A DNA stretch of 64,000 nt from Patescibacteria group bacterium (GTDB lineage: Bacteria; Patescibacteriota; Patescibacteriia; UBA1558; UBA10009): assembly GCA_041662565.1 (NCBI GenBank), contig JBAZSE010000001.1, forward strand, positions 65,084-129,083, given 5' to 3'. The notes beneath the pieces were generated by a model that saw only the letters and a program-made list of their open reading frames with translations, was not told the origin of the DNA and searched no databases. Position 1 is the stretch's first letter; each line of letters starts with the position of its first letter. A program made the translations under genes and the position numbers. Shown in pieces: positions 9,633-17,914 of the stretch.

Positions 9633-9982
9633 TATTCTTCTTCCTTAATTTCCACGGGTTCTTCGATTTCTTCTTCAATTTTATCCGCCAAGAGTTCGTC
9701 TAAATTCTTGCTTTTAGCAATTTTAATTTTGAGTTTTTTAACCAATTCGTCAAAGGATTTTTCGTTTTCTTTTTCCAAATACCTTAATAGCTTTCTTCTT
9801 AAAGACACTTTTCTAATCAAACCGCGTCTGGAGGAAAAGTCCTTTTTGTGCAGTTTTAAGTGTTCGGTCAACTCGCGGATTTCTTCGGTTAAAATCGCGA
9901 TTTGGATCTCGGGGCTGCCGGTATCCTTGGCGTGGGTTTTGTACTTTTCAATAATTCGCTGCTTCTTTTTTTTGTCTAACAT
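9632..9982 (-). CDS. rpsO: 30S ribosomal protein S15 with an acidic C-terminal extension
   Basis: S15 core reads LTEEIRELTEHLKLHKKDFSSRRGLIRKVSLRRKLLRYL. The Glu-rich C-terminal tail makes it 116 aa against a typical ~89. Confidence 0.85.
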   Translation of the reverse strand: MLDKKKKQRIIEKYKTHAKDTGSPEIQIAILTEEIRELTEHLKLHKKDFSSRRGLIRKVSLRRKLLRYLEKENEKSFDELVKKLKIKIAKSKNLDELLADKIEEEIEEPVEIKEEE

Positions 9983-10209
9983 ATGTTTTCCTTTCTTATG
10001 TCGCTATCTAAGCCAATTAAAGCCGTTAGACAGGGCTAAAGGCCGAGGTAGCGATGAATTAGCGCAGAACAATTTAGAATCGTCTGCAGGGTTAAATAAT
10101 ATGCCAAGCATAGCAGAAAGGGGAGATTATGTCAATATTTGGGGTTTTAGGGTATTAAGGGGTTCTTTGACCGTTTTTCTATTTTGCGACACCATGATAT
10201 AATATCTTT

Positions 10210-11154
10210 ATGGCTAATAAAATAAACGATCTCTTAACTCAATTCCTGGAATATCTGGAAATTGAAAAAAACCGCTCGCAGCTAACCGTGCGGAATTATG
10301 ATTTTTATTTAAAAAGATTTTTAGAATTTGCCAAAGTAGAAAATCCCCAAGCCATTGATTTGGAAAAAGTTAGGCAATTCCGCCTGTATCTAAATCGTTT
10401 AGTAGTTAAAGGCAAGACCTTAAAAAAATCTACCCAAAATTACCACATCATTGCGTTGAGAAGTTTTTTAAAGTTTTTAGCTAGGCGAGATATTAAAACA
10501 CTGGCGCCGGAAAAATTGGAATTGGCTAAAATTGGTGAACGGTCGGTGGATTTTTTGGATGGTGGCGATTTGGAAAGAATTTTAGAGATGCCTTTAAAAG
10601 GCACGGCGCCCCAAATTATCAAGTTGCGGGATAAAGCCATTTTGGAACTATTGTTTTCTACGGGTTTGCGTGTTTCGGAACTGGCAAATTTAAAAATAAG
10701 TTCCATCAATTTAAAACGGGATGAGTTTACGGTACGAGGTAAGGGCGATAAGCCCCGAGTGGTTTTTATTTCCAATCAGGCCAGGCACGCGCTTAAGGAA
10801 TATTTAGAAGCCAGGCATGATTTAGAAAGTTGGATGTTTATCGGCCATGATAGGGCGGCTAATCAAAGAACTAAAGATAAAGAGAAAAAAGATCATCCAT
10901 TAACATCTCGTTCCGTTCAGCGCTTGGTTGAAAAATATTCAACTGCGGCTGGCTTAACCAAGCATGTTACGCCCCATACTTTAAGGCATTCTTACGCTAC
11001 CGATTTATTAATGAACGGCGCGGATATCAGAAGTGTTCAGGCCATGCTGGGGCATGCTTCTATTACCACCACGCAAATTTATACTCATATTACTAATAAG
11101 CAGTTGCGGGAAGTACATCAGGCGTTTCATGGTAAAACCAGGGGAGATAATTAA
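10210..11154 (+). CDS. tyrosine site-specific recombinase, XerC/XerD-like
   Basis: It has an N-terminal SAM-like core-binding domain. The C-terminal catalytic motifs are HTLRHSYATDLL and LGHASITTTQIYTHI (R..H..R..Y). There is a ~25-aa Lys-rich insertion before the catalytic domain. Confidence 0.85.
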   Translation: MANKINDLLTQFLEYLEIEKNRSQLTVRNYDFYLKRFLEFAKVENPQAIDLEKVRQFRLYLNRLVVKGKTLKKSTQNYHIIALRSFLKFLARRDIKTLAPEKLELAKIGERSVDFLDGGDLERILEMPLKGTAPQIIKLRDKAILELLFSTGLRVSELANLKISSINLKRDEFTVRGKGDKPRVVFISNQARHALKEYLEARHDLESWMFIGHDRAANQRTKDKEKKDHPLTSRSVQRLVEKYSTAAGLTKHVTPHTLRHSYATDLLMNGADIRSVQAMLGHASITTTQIYTHITNKQLREVHQAFHGKTRGDN

Positions 11155-11196
11155 AAATAATAATTAATTTTGTAGGGAGAATTAAGAAAAAAAAGA

Positions 11197-11224
11197 GGGG
11201 ATCAACGCGTGTTGATCCCCTTTT
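11197..11224. terminator. bidirectional rho-independent terminator
   Basis: GGGGATCAAC gcgt GTTGATCCCC is a perfect 10-bp stem, followed by TTTT and preceded by an A-run. Confidence 0.7.
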
Positions 11225-11286
11225 GAGTTAAGTTAAGCTGAGCTTAATGAACTCGAAGTTAAATCTCCTCCAAAGATGGTTTGTGA

Positions 11287-11685
11287 TCAGGCCGTGGCTG
11301 ATCGTTGTTGTAAGCAGCTCCATAAGAGACGTAGTCCCTGGCTGGTACTTTGCCACATGCCATCTGGTATTGGATACCAGTCAATCGGCTGCATGCCATG
11401 GTATATGGTAAAAAATCCTAGAGGCAGTCCAGCCAAAGCCTCAATTGGCAATCTCGCGTACGTTTGTAGATAGAGTATCCCCCCGGGATGTTGAGCAACG
11501 AATTCGGCGATTGCTTTCGCGTCGCCACACTCCTCTTCAGTGACGTATTGGATGTTTACCTGGCCGTAGATCTGCTCCAGTAGCGCCGCCTGAATTGGTG
11601 GCACCTTATTGCCTAGCCAGAAGACGTTCTTACCGGCAGACATAGCCATCCTCCGTGCGGAAGTAGTGCGATTTAGCGCGGTCAC
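11287..11685 (-). CDS. hypothetical protein in a GC-rich segment; possible 3' part of a frameshifted gene
   Basis: By eye it is ~50-55% GC against ~35-45% for its neighbours. It overlaps the upstream ORF by ~56 nt in another frame. Confidence 0.3.
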   Translation of the reverse strand: MTALNRTTSARRMAMSAGKNVFWLGNKVPPIQAALLEQIYGQVNIQYVTEEECGDAKAIAEFVAQHPGGILYLQTYARLPIEALAGLPLGFFTIYHGMQPIDWYPIPDGMWQSTSQGLRLLWSCLQQRSATA

Positions 11686-12358
11686 AGTGGGCTTTGCTCA
11701 TAGCCGCTAAGGCCGCTTTGTTAAACCGTACCTGCGATGGGGGTAGGTCTAACTTTTTAGGGAGTACTTTGCCTATGCACTCTCCATGAGTTTGCGGTTT
11801 AGATCCGATGAACTCTTTTTCGCACAGATCACACTGCCAAGTAGGAACCACCTTGATCGTAGGCCACCTAAAAGAGTTGACCCAGGCGTTTTGTCCCTCT
11901 TGCACAATGGCGTGTTCGACGAAGGTCAAGAGTGACCCCTGAGCTCTTACTAAGCCGACTGAATTAACAGCCTCAAAGTGGGCGTGAATACCTTGGGTCT
12001 CATCTTCTGTTGTAACAGCACAAGAGGGCTTAAGAGCTTTACCGTGGCTGTCACAGACGATTACTACGCCTTTCCCATTTTTGATCCCATCGATTTCTTG
12101 GGCGTAGAAGAAGAGTTCATCACACCTTCTATTGAAGGGTAATGGGAAGAGAGGGGCATCTCCCTTCCAATATTGCGGTTGGATCAGGGCGAATGATAAG
12201 ATCACATCATCATTTTCCAGCCGATCCTTTTTTGGCTTAAAGCCTTGTCTTTCGAGCTTTTCTATCCATGGCAGAATGTCCTCTCTGCCGCTGAATTTAA
12301 GACGGACGCCTACACTTGGAATTTCCATTGAATTTCCTTGTTTTTGTTGATGCCGCAT
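11630..12358 (-). CDS. hypothetical protein in a GC-rich segment (Cys-pair motifs CDLCEK..HGEC, AHCDR)
   Basis: ORF of 242 aa with elevated GC and no recognisable family. Confidence 0.4.
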   Translation of the reverse strand: MRHQQKQGNSMEIPSVGVRLKFSGREDILPWIEKLERQGFKPKKDRLENDDVILSFALIQPQYWKGDAPLFPLPFNRRCDELFFYAQEIDGIKNGKGVVIVCDSHGKALKPSCAVTTEDETQGIHAHFEAVNSVGLVRAQGSLLTFVEHAIVQEGQNAWVNSFRWPTIKVVPTWQCDLCEKEFIGSKPQTHGECIGKVLPKKLDLPPSQVRFNKAALAAMSKAHCDRAKSHYFRTEDGYVCR

Positions 12359-12534
12359 TTTGCCGCGACTGGCGCATACTCATAGTTTGTTGAGCAGCGT
12401 TTTGGCGATTTTTAAGCAAAAATAACCACAACACTGCCCAACAAAAACGCTGAAAATGTAGATTTTAAAGAATTGTTAAAGGACTATAAAACAATAAATC
12501 ATAGCAAAAACAGGGTTGTTTGTCAATAATGGGC

Positions 12535-12563
12535 TTGACTTATGCCAATAAATCTGGTATTTT
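12535..12563 (+). promoter_or_regulatory. sigma70-like promoter upstream of tRNA-Arg
   Basis: TTGACT, a 17-nt spacer, then TATTTT. It lies ~55 nt upstream of the tRNA 5' end. Confidence 0.4.
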
Positions 12564-12617
12564 GGGTAAAGTTATTTTACAGTATAGCAGGGTCAAAGTT
12601 TAAGCCCTACAAAATGA

Positions 12618-12692
12618 GCCCCGGTAGTTCAACGGATAGAATAGGAGACTTCTAATCTCTAGATCCAAGTTCGATTCTTGGCCGGGGCACCA
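12618..12692 (+). tRNA. tRNA-Arg (anticodon TCT)
   Basis: 75-nt cloverleaf with acceptor GCCCCGG/CCGGGGC, anticodon loop CTTCTAA and T-loop TTCGATT. CCA is encoded. Confidence 0.85.
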
Positions 12693-12761
12693 GGACGTAA
12701 AATGCGTCCCGTAGAACGGGACTGCATCACGTCCTTGCAGAGAAAATAAAAGAAAAGCGAT

Positions 12762-13037
12762 ATGTATTACGTTTACGTTTTACAGAGTTTTAAGGATTCT
12801 TCATTATATACCGGTTTTACTGTTAATTTACAACGTCGATTTTTTGAACATAATAACGGTTTAAGTCAGGCGACTAAATATTTAAGGCCATGGAAATTAA
12901 TTTATTATGAAGCTTATTGTTTAGAAAACGATGCCAAAGGTAGAGAGGTATTTTTAAAAAGCGGTTCGGGTAAAAAATATTTGGATAAACAATTGAAAAA
13001 TTATTTTAATTCTAAGCCAAGAAAGAAAATTGTTTAA
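12762..13037 (+). CDS. GIY-YIG nuclease superfamily protein (small stand-alone)
   Basis: Motifs are YYVYVLQS..LYTGFTVNLQRRFFEHN. Confidence 0.8.
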   Translation: MYYVYVLQSFKDSSLYTGFTVNLQRRFFEHNNGLSQATKYLRPWKLIYYEAYCLENDAKGREVFLKSGSGKKYLDKQLKNYFNSKPRKKIV

Positions 13038-13114
13038 TCTTGGTAAAACTCACTTGGGTGGTCATTTTAAGCTATGGCCCGCCACGTGAGTTTCACGAAG
13101 TGAAACTTTTACGT

Positions 13115-13190
13115 GGTGCCTATGGTGTAATGGTTAACACAGCGGTTTGTGGTACCGCTAATATGAGTTCAATTCTCATTAGGCACCCCA
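13115..13190 (+). tRNA. tRNA-His (anticodon GTG) with encoded G-1
   Basis: G-1 plus GGTGCCT..AGGCACC acceptor, anticodon loop TTGTGGT and T-loop TTCAATT. The 3' terminus reads ..CACCCCA. An IR hairpin (CCACGT..GTTTCAC/GTGAAAC..ACGTGG) abuts the 5' end. Confidence 0.8.
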
Positions 13191-13335
13191 TATGTAAGAA
13201 CAGCCCTAAAAAGGCTGTTTTTGCTTTTAGGTTAGCGAAGAAACGGAGTTTTCAGAGAGTTGGTTTTTAGCCCTACTCTTAGTAGGTATAGTTGGTAAAG
13301 TATTAATATTTTGTGTAATATTAGGAAAGAATAAT
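13183..13335 (+). repeat. repeat A copy 1 (overlaps tRNA-His 3' end; carries terminator hairpin plus extended -10)
   Basis: ..GGCACCCCATATGTAAGAACAGCCCTAAAAAGGCTGTTTTTGCTTTTA..TTTTGTGTAATATTAGG.. Confidence 0.7.
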
Positions 13336-14295
13336 ATGCAGAAAAAAATAAAAATAACCAGACCAAAGCCTTTTGAATGGGTAGGAGCTAAATTTAATAT
13401 AATGGGTAAAGTCCCAAAAGCTTGGCTAGAAACAAGTTTTGGAATTCAGACCAGCCTTTATTTTGATCTAATTGATATTAAAGGAAGGACTGTTATGGGC
13501 ACCTCAATTAATTTTGAAAAGATTAAAAAGAATGGATGGTTTTCAATATTTGATGATAGAATATATTTTTCATCAACCTTTCAGTTTTCAGGACTTAGCG
13601 TTGGATGGATTAAGGAATCGCAAGGTAGAATGACTATTAAATTAAGCGGCCAGAATGCACAAGAGCAATGCATTTATATCCCAGTTATTGTAAAACAATT
13701 TGAACCTAAAGAAGGTGTTGATTCTGAAATTAAAAATAAGCATGGAAAAATAGGTGTAATGATAAAGCAATATGAAGAGGATTTAAAAATTTATTATCAG
13801 GAACTAGAGAAAATTGAAAAAAGACGTTTAAAGAAAAATGAAATCTCCGAGGAAGATTGGCGAAAGGGGTTTCAATATATACATAATTGGGATGTTATAG
13901 GGGGAGTCTTGGAAATTTTAGACCAAGCTGAAAGTTTTAATAAGGAATATCCATTTATTCAAGAGGATTTAGAAGAAAGACAGTTGACTGAAAAATACAA
14001 AGAAGCACTTGAGTGGCAAGGTCCTTTATTACATGGCTTAATTTCCAAAATGGATGGCTTTGAGTTTAGAATATACAGTAATGATCATGGTCAGCATTTT
14101 CACGTTATTCATAACTCTAAAGGTATTAATGCTCGTTTTTCTTTCCCTGAAATTAAACTTATAGATTATAAGTCTACTAAGACTAGCATAAATCGTAGGG
14201 AACAGGATAGGATAATTGATTTTTTTAGAAATCCAGAAATATTTAAAAAGTTAGAAATGGAGTTTCAAAGAAGGGATCAATTTAAAAACATTTAA
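13336..14295 (+). CDS. hypothetical protein with C-terminal YSNDHxxHFHV motif (DUF4160-like)
   Basis: ORF of 319 aa and very AT-rich. The C-terminal motif FRIYSNDHGQHFHVIH resembles the (Y/F)xNDHxPPHxH signature I recall for DUF4160. Confidence 0.45.
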   Translation: MQKKIKITRPKPFEWVGAKFNIMGKVPKAWLETSFGIQTSLYFDLIDIKGRTVMGTSINFEKIKKNGWFSIFDDRIYFSSTFQFSGLSVGWIKESQGRMTIKLSGQNAQEQCIYIPVIVKQFEPKEGVDSEIKNKHGKIGVMIKQYEEDLKIYYQELEKIEKRRLKKNEISEEDWRKGFQYIHNWDVIGGVLEILDQAESFNKEYPFIQEDLEERQLTEKYKEALEWQGPLLHGLISKMDGFEFRIYSNDHGQHFHVIHNSKGINARFSFPEIKLIDYKSTKTSINRREQDRIIDFFRNPEIFKKLEMEFQRRDQFKNI

Positions 14296-14310
14296 TGATT
14301 AATAAATTTT

Positions 14311-14410
14311 TAATCCTTCTAGCCACTTAAATTCAATCCTTTCCCGATAAACTTTAATATCCCGCATCATAGAACTGACAAGCTTACCTTTACCCAAGCT
14401 GTCAGCTTTT
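14311..14410 (+). repeat. repeat B copy 1 (hairpin plus T-run; terminator-like)
   Basis: AATCCTTCT..TTCCCGATAAACTTTAAT..GAACTGACAAGCTT..AAGCTGTCAGCTTTTTT, homologous to 16326-16440. Confidence 0.6.
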
Positions 14411-14444
14411 TTGACTTATTTTTCATAAGTTGTATATTTAATCT

Positions 14445-15308
14445 ATGAAGCAGGGTCAAAAATTAAGTATTATTTTAATTGTCGCTATTTTTTTAGGCAG
14501 TTTTTTAATTGTTAGTAATGTTTTTGCTCACCGTTCTGGCTGCCATCGTTGGCATTCCTGTCCATCAGACACCGGTTCATATACATGTGGTGATGCTGGC
14601 CATCCGTGTTTATATCCAACTTACCCTGCAAACGGCGGAGTAATTTATCCCCCCAGTGGTTACTATAAGGATTGCTATGACTGTCCATTAAAAAAGGTGC
14701 CAGACAATGCCTATACTACAGGAATCAGCTACTCTTGCATTAGTGGTTATAAAAAAGTAGGAGAAGCATGTGAAAAAGTTATTGCACCCGCAAATGCTTA
14801 CGTTTCAGGCTCTAATTGGTATTGCAATTTAGGATACAGAGAAGTTGGTAATTCTTGTGAAAAAGTAATCGCCCCAGCTAATGCTTATGTTTCAGGCTCT
14901 AATTGGTATTGCAAGAGTGGGTATAGAGAGGTGGGTAATACATGTCAAAAAGTTATTGCACCCGCAAATGCTTATGTTAGTGGTGCCTATTGGTACTGCA
15001 ACAATGGTTATAAGGAAGTTGGTAATAGTTGCCAAAAAGTAATCGCCCCAGCTAATGCTTATGTTTCAGGCTCTAATTGGTATTGTAAAAGTGGGTATAG
15101 AGAGGTGGGTAATACATGTCAAAAAGTAATCGCCCCACCCAACGCATATGTGTCCGGGGCGTACTGGTATTGTAACAACGGATATAGAGAAGTTGGTAAT
15201 TCTTGTGAAAAAGTTATTGCACCCGCAAATGCTTACGTTTCAGGAGCTAATTGGTATTGTAAGAGTGGGTATAGAGAAGTTGGCAATTCTTGTCAGCCAA
15301 TACAGTAA
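14445..15308 (+). CDS. secreted Cys-rich protein built of ~7 tandem 29-aa repeats
   Basis: Signal peptide, then the unit C(E/Q)KVIAPANAYVSG(S/A)(N/Y)WYC(K/N)(S/N)GY(R/K)EVGN(S/T) repeated. The 87-bp units are near-identical at the DNA level over ~14667-15299. Confidence 0.6.
   Translation: MKQGQKLSIILIVAIFLGSFLIVSNVFAHRSGCHRWHSCPSDTGSYTCGDAGHPCLYPTYPANGGVIYPPSGYYKDCYDCPLKKVPDNAYTTGISYSCISGYKKVGEACEKVIAPANAYVSGSNWYCNLGYREVGNSCEKVIAPANAYVSGSNWYCKSGYREVGNTCQKVIAPANAYVSGAYWYCNNGYKEVGNSCQKVIAPANAYVSGSNWYCKSGYREVGNTCQKVIAPPNAYVSGAYWYCNNGYREVGNSCEKVIAPANAYVSGANWYCKSGYREVGNSCQPIQ
14667..15299 (+). repeat. coding tandem repeat, 87-bp unit x ~7
   Basis: The near-identical nucleotide units lie inside the 14445..15308 CDS. 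Confidence 0.7.
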
Positions 15309-15330
15309 CATTTTATGAAAAAAAATAACC

Positions 15331-15510
15331 AACGATATCGATAAGCCACCCCATATGTAAGAACAGCCCTAAAAAGGCTGTTTTTGCTTTTATCTTAGGC
15401 AAGAAATGGAGTTTTCAGATAGTTGGTTTTCAGCACCACCTTTAGTAGGTATAGCTGGTAAACTTTAAGTATTTTGTGTAAGATTAGGGAAGAAATATTA
15501 ATTAAAATTT
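15331..15510 (+). repeat. repeat A copy 2
   Basis: ..ATATCGATAAGCCACCCCATATGTAAGAACAGCCCTAAAAAGGCTGTTTTTGCTTTTATCTTAGGCAAGAAATGGAGTTTTCAGATAGTTGG..TTTTGTGTAAGATTAGGG.. Confidence 0.75.
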
Positions 15511-16344
15511 ATGGATCTACCTTTCTCTTTAAGGTTTTTAAAAAAGATTGAATTATTTCAAGTTTTAAAAAAATTAGATAAGCAATTTAAAAGACAGCTG
15601 GAAATAAATAATGGCACGGTGCCATTATGGATGGGCGAGAAAAAATTTTTGTACTGGAGTTATTTACAGCATAAACATTTAGGTAGTCCTATAATGATTG
15701 ATGCTATTAGGAGCAAGAAATCTTATTTTTTGAAGCAATTTGAACATCGCGGTGCCGAGATGGAAGAAAAAAGAAATAAATTATTAAAAATTAACTCTGA
15801 TAGATTAGAAAAAAATTATAGTAAAATTTTAAAAACCCTTAATCTATCACATGAATATATTGAAATTCAGGCTGCTAATATTGGAAATATGAAAACCAGT
15901 TTTGGTTTTACGGCAAAAGAAATTGATGCGTTAGGTGTAAGACCAATTTTTGGTAACCTTGTTAGTAGAGGGTATGCTGTTTATTATCCCAATACGCAAG
16001 AAGAATTTAATCATTTTTCGGGGGGCAATAATAATAGTGTAGGGGAGGCTATATATAAAGACGTAGTCTCTGATCAATCAAATTGCGAAGGCATTATTAT
16101 CACTTCAGATGGCTTGTTAATGGGCGAACTAATTAGTGAACTGTACAGTATTAGAATGAGTATAAAAAAATCTTTATATAATAAATTGACTGGCTCTAAA
16201 TGTGAATTAATGATAAATAATTTTTGGTGGGGGCTTTATCAGTCATTAATTATTATAAGTTACTTAGCTTTATTTTTAGTTTGTTATTTAATTATTAGAG
16301 AATTTATTCAGGAATTATATTACTTAATCCTTCCCTCCATTTAA
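15511..16344 (+). CDS. hypothetical protein with C-terminal TM segment
   Basis: ORF of 277 aa and AT-rich, with a hydrophobic C-terminal helix. Its last codons lie inside repeat B copy 2. Confidence 0.4.
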   Translation: MDLPFSLRFLKKIELFQVLKKLDKQFKRQLEINNGTVPLWMGEKKFLYWSYLQHKHLGSPIMIDAIRSKKSYFLKQFEHRGAEMEEKRNKLLKINSDRLEKNYSKILKTLNLSHEYIEIQAANIGNMKTSFGFTAKEIDALGVRPIFGNLVSRGYAVYYPNTQEEFNHFSGGNNNSVGEAIYKDVVSDQSNCEGIIITSDGLLMGELISELYSIRMSIKKSLYNKLTGSKCELMINNFWWGLYQSLIIISYLALFLVCYLIIREFIQELYYLILPSI

Positions 16345-16440
16345 ACTCAATCCTATTAAACTCAATCCTATCCCGATAAACTTTAATCTCCTGCATCATG
16401 GAGCTGACAAGTTTGCCCTTGCCTAAGCCGTCAGATTTTT
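16326..16440 (+). repeat. repeat B copy 2 (with internal 13-bp duplication AAACTCAATCCTA)
   Basis: AATCCTTCCCTCC..ATCCCGATAAACTTTAATCTCCTGCATCATGGAGCTGACAAG..GTCAGATTTTT. Confidence 0.6.
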
Positions 16441-16568
16441 ACATAATATTTACATATATATTTCATTGTGATATAATAAATATGCTGAATTTAAAGGGGT
16501 ATATGGATGTATTATTACATAATATTTAATGTATTATTACATATTAAAAGGACAATTTTTACAAATAT

Positions 16569-17723
16569 ATGGAGCCAAAATTCATAGATTTCCCATTGAG
16601 GTTAATTGAGCCATCTTTTAATTCAAGTTTAGTAGATACTATAATTGAACTTGAAAGATTAAGATCTCCTAGGAGAATTAAAAGTAGGGTTAATTCTCGA
16701 GTATTTTTGCAATTAAAGGAAATTTTTCATACTTTAGAAAGTTTAGGATCTGTCCGTATAGAAGGAAATAATACAACTCTTTCGGATATTGTTGAAAAAA
16801 CGATTGACGGTACAATTCAGAAATCTCAGGAAGAAAATATTAAAGAATTTAAAAATAATCAAAAGGCTTTAAACTTTATTGAAGAAAATATTAAAGAAGG
16901 AACTATAATAACTAAAAGTTTTATATCTGAATTCCAGCGTTTAACAGTAGCAGATCTTGACCCATCCAAAGAGGGAGATTATGTGCCCGGACAATACAGA
17001 AATAAAGAAGTTAAAATCAAAAATTCATTGCATAAACCACCTTTACCCATTAAAGTTCCTGAGCTTATGGATGAATTATTATTGTTCATTAATAATCAAA
17101 GAGATCAAAAATATAAATTATTATCTACAGCGATAGTTCATCATCGTTTTGCTTGGATACACCCATTTAACAATGGCAATGGAAGAACGGTTAGGTTGTT
17201 AACTTATGCAATGTTGATGAGCCAAGGGTTTTCAGTTAACCGTCTTTTAAACCCGACAGCCGTTTTTTGCAATGATAGAAATATATATTATCAAATGCTA
17301 GCTGAGGCAGATAAAGGCACAGATCAGGGATTATTGAAATGGAGTGAATACGTATTGAATAATTTATTAGTAGAGATTAGAAAAATTGATAAATTATTGG
17401 ATTATGATTATTTAATACCAGAAATATTATTACCCACGCTTGATTATTCTTACGAAAGAAAAAATATTAACACGGAAGAATATTTGGTTTTAAAACTGGC
17501 AGTTCAACGCCAGGAAGTTAAAGCTGGCGATATTAATGAAGTTTTGAAAAAAAAGCATCATACTCAAGTTTCTTCAGTTATAAAAAAATTAAAACAAGAA
17601 GGTCTTTTAGTAGAAGCTCCGGGCAAAGTAAGGACTTATGTTATTTGTTTTAATAGTAATCATCTGTTGAGAGGAATAATTAATTTTTTAAGGAAAGGTG
17701 ATTTTATTGGTACTTTTGAATAA
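16569..17723 (+). CDS. Fic/Doc family protein (putative AMPylase-type toxin or effector)
   Basis: The Fic motif is HPFNNGNGRTVRLL, i.e. HxFx(D/N)GNGRxxR. The C-terminal region looks like a winged helix. Confidence 0.8.
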   Translation: MEPKFIDFPLRLIEPSFNSSLVDTIIELERLRSPRRIKSRVNSRVFLQLKEIFHTLESLGSVRIEGNNTTLSDIVEKTIDGTIQKSQEENIKEFKNNQKALNFIEENIKEGTIITKSFISEFQRLTVADLDPSKEGDYVPGQYRNKEVKIKNSLHKPPLPIKVPELMDELLLFINNQRDQKYKLLSTAIVHHRFAWIHPFNNGNGRTVRLLTYAMLMSQGFSVNRLLNPTAVFCNDRNIYYQMLAEADKGTDQGLLKWSEYVLNNLLVEIRKIDKLLDYDYLIPEILLPTLDYSYERKNINTEEYLVLKLAVQRQEVKAGDINEVLKKKHHTQVSSVIKKLKQEGLLVEAPGKVRTYVICFNSNHLLRGIINFLRKGDFIGTFE

Positions 17724-17730
17724 AAGTTTG

Positions 17731-17914
17731 CTAACAATATCGATAAGCCACCCCATATGTAAGAACAGCCCTAAAAAGGCTGTTTTTGCTTTTATCTTAG
17801 GCAAGAAATGGAGTTTTCACAGAGTTGGTTTTCAGCACCACCCTTAGTGGGTATAGCTGGTTAAATTTTAATATTTTGTGTAAGATAAGAGAGTTATTTA
17901 ATAAAAAATATAGC
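17731..17914 (+). repeat. repeat A copy 3
   Basis: It is near-identical to copy 2 (..ATATCGATAAGCCACCCCATATGTAAGAACAGCCC..TTTTGTGTAAGATAAGAG..) and ends just before the ATPase start. Confidence 0.75.

Larger units (their letters stand above)
13183..17914 (+). mobile_element. candidate integrated cassette array downstream of tRNA-His, bounded by three direct att-like repeats
   Basis: There are three ~150-bp direct repeats at 13183-13335, 15331-15510 and 17731-17914. There are two ~100-bp repeats at 14311-14410 and 16326-16440. The region is AT-rich relative to its flanks and carries Fic and unknown genes. Confidence 0.4.

Noticed and set aside
9576-10202. 208-aa ORF on + strand
   Set aside because: Antisense to rpsO and the NYN gene. 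It is Ser/Leu-rich and covers the divergent promoter region.
13040-13270. 76-aa ORF overlapping tRNA-His
   Set aside because: It spans the tRNA-His gene and repeat A copy 1. A cloverleaf structure explains the sequence.
14667-15299. possible CRISPR-like regular repeats
   Set aside because: The 87-bp repeats are contiguous with no spacers and maintain an open reading frame encoding a Cys-rich repeat protein.
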